Source: Utricularia gibba (Eukaryota > Plantae > Magnoliophyta). Taken from it: a stretch of DNA of 35,544 nucleotides. This document shows positions 34,337 to 35,544 of the stretch, piece by piece. A program made the position numbers and the translations under genes. The notes beneath the pieces are model-generated. The model ran no database searches and was not told the DNA's origin. It was given only the letters and a program-made list of their open reading frames with translations. Numbering within the stretch: the first letter of the stretch is position 1; each line of letters starts with the position of its first letter. The DNA lies in the NCBI GenBank assembly GCA_002189035.1, contig NEEC01000129.1:1-35544 (forward strand), read 5' to 3'.

Positions 34337-35538
34337 CTATCTCGGGCCCGACAGTTCCATAGCCTCGACCATGGACGACTCCTCGAAGTAATCGGAATAC
34401 CGTTCCGGCGGCAAGTTAAAACGACCGCTGCCGTGGGCTCTCTTCTACACTCAGGGATTGCTCCCATTTCTCGGCAAGCCCATCGCCTTCAAGCATTCTC
34501 AAAACCTCGGACATCTTCGGCCTGTAAGAAGGATCGAATTGTGTGCACAGGAGGGCCACCCGCACCATTTCTTCCAGCTCCATACCATCGAAGTCGTTCT
34601 TCAGTTCTTTATCCACCATCAGATTCAGTTTCCCATCCTGGTGAAGCTTTCTTACCTGAATGAACCACAAAATCAAGTATTGAAGGGATTTTGGTGCCTG
34701 GGTTTGAAGTAGCGATAGAACAACATACCCAGTCGAGAATGGCGCCTTTCTGGCTCGCCCCACGTCCGAAATCAACAGCTTTCTGGCCGGTGATGAGTTC
34801 CAGGAGTAGGATTCCAAACCCGAAGACATCAGTTTTTTCAGATGATTGGCCGGTGGAGAGATACTCTGGCGCGATATGGCCGACAGTGCCACGGACTGCA
34901 GTGGTGACATGAGAGTCCCGGTGGTCCAAAAGCTTGGCTAAACCAAAATCTCCGACCACCGGCTCAAAATCCTCTTCTAACAAAATGTTGGCTGCTTTCA
35001 CATCACGGTGAATGATTTTGGGGTCACATTGTTCATGCAAAATAAACGAGGCCCCGTGCAGTTCCAAGGGCAACACTCTTCCTCCTCGGCCAATCCAAAA
35101 TCGGCCGCCCGTGACTCTGATCTGCAAACTCAGACAAACCAGACATCACATGTTAAAGTTCATATTCTTGTCCAAGTGAACTAAGATCAAGCAATCACCT
35201 CTTAGTCTTGACGCAACGCTACCATTAGGCAGATACGGGTAAACGAGGAGGCGCTCGTTCTCCGTGGAGCAGAAGCCCCAGAGACGAAGAAGATTTCTGT
35301 GGACTGCTAAACTGATAAGCTCTACTTCTGTCTGAAACTGGGCTTCGCCGCCGACAGCGTTGAAGTCGTTTAATCTTTTTACCGCAACCACTGTGCCATT
35401 GCCAAGCCGTCCTTGTATACAGTACCGAATCCTCCCCTTCCGAGAATGTTTTTGGAGTTGAAATTATCCGTTGCTGCCTTCAGCTCCTTGAAACTAAATC
35501 TCTCAGATGACCTAAACGTATTTCTGGGTCGGATTGAT
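34337..35538 (-). CDS. NIK3: LRR receptor-like kinase subfamily II (NIK3/CIK-like), 3' kinase exons only; exons approx 35538-35199, 35121-34729, 34655-34337; gene continues past the window end; frameshifts at ~35501, ~35412, ~35040, ~34419
   Basis: [99 protein letters not shown] (RD kinase), [46 protein letters not shown], and C-terminus EAMELSGPR*. Confidence 0.92.
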
Positions 35539-35544
35539 CTGCCA

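Overview
Gene-dense flowering-plant nuclear DNA (probably eudicot; introns mostly 70-100 nt). The intron-containing genes, in order, are: NHL-repeat protein (+), spermidine synthase (-), mitochondrial ALDH2B (+), DUF936/CORD-type protein (-), MATE transporter (-), alpha/beta-hydrolase lipase (-), neprosin/DUF239 protein (-), TBL-family O-acetyltransferase (-) and the 3' part of a NIK3-like LRR-II receptor kinase (-). There is also an intronless PMEI-family gene (-) and a hidden small gene near 13 kb (-). At least 13 single-base frameshifts, nearly all in short homopolymers, interrupt otherwise intact conserved genes. This is the signature of unpolished long-read assembly error rather than pseudogenisation. 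The most interesting region is 17.2-24.3 kb, between the MATE and lipase genes. It holds a tandem array of five small secreted-peptide precursor genes mixed with repeat/LTR-like fragments. The four intact members share a signal peptide, a dibasic S[KR]R site, exactly four spacer residues, a [RP][PI]PAP core and a Pro-rich tail. Two members carry a hidden, internally repeated PxPEGE(F/L/W)LY motif, and two are spliced genes behind a W-box/CGCG-box-rich promoter. I do not recognise this family as a named peptide-hormone class. All exon coordinates were read by eye, and family assignments rest on recalled motifs, not on database searches.
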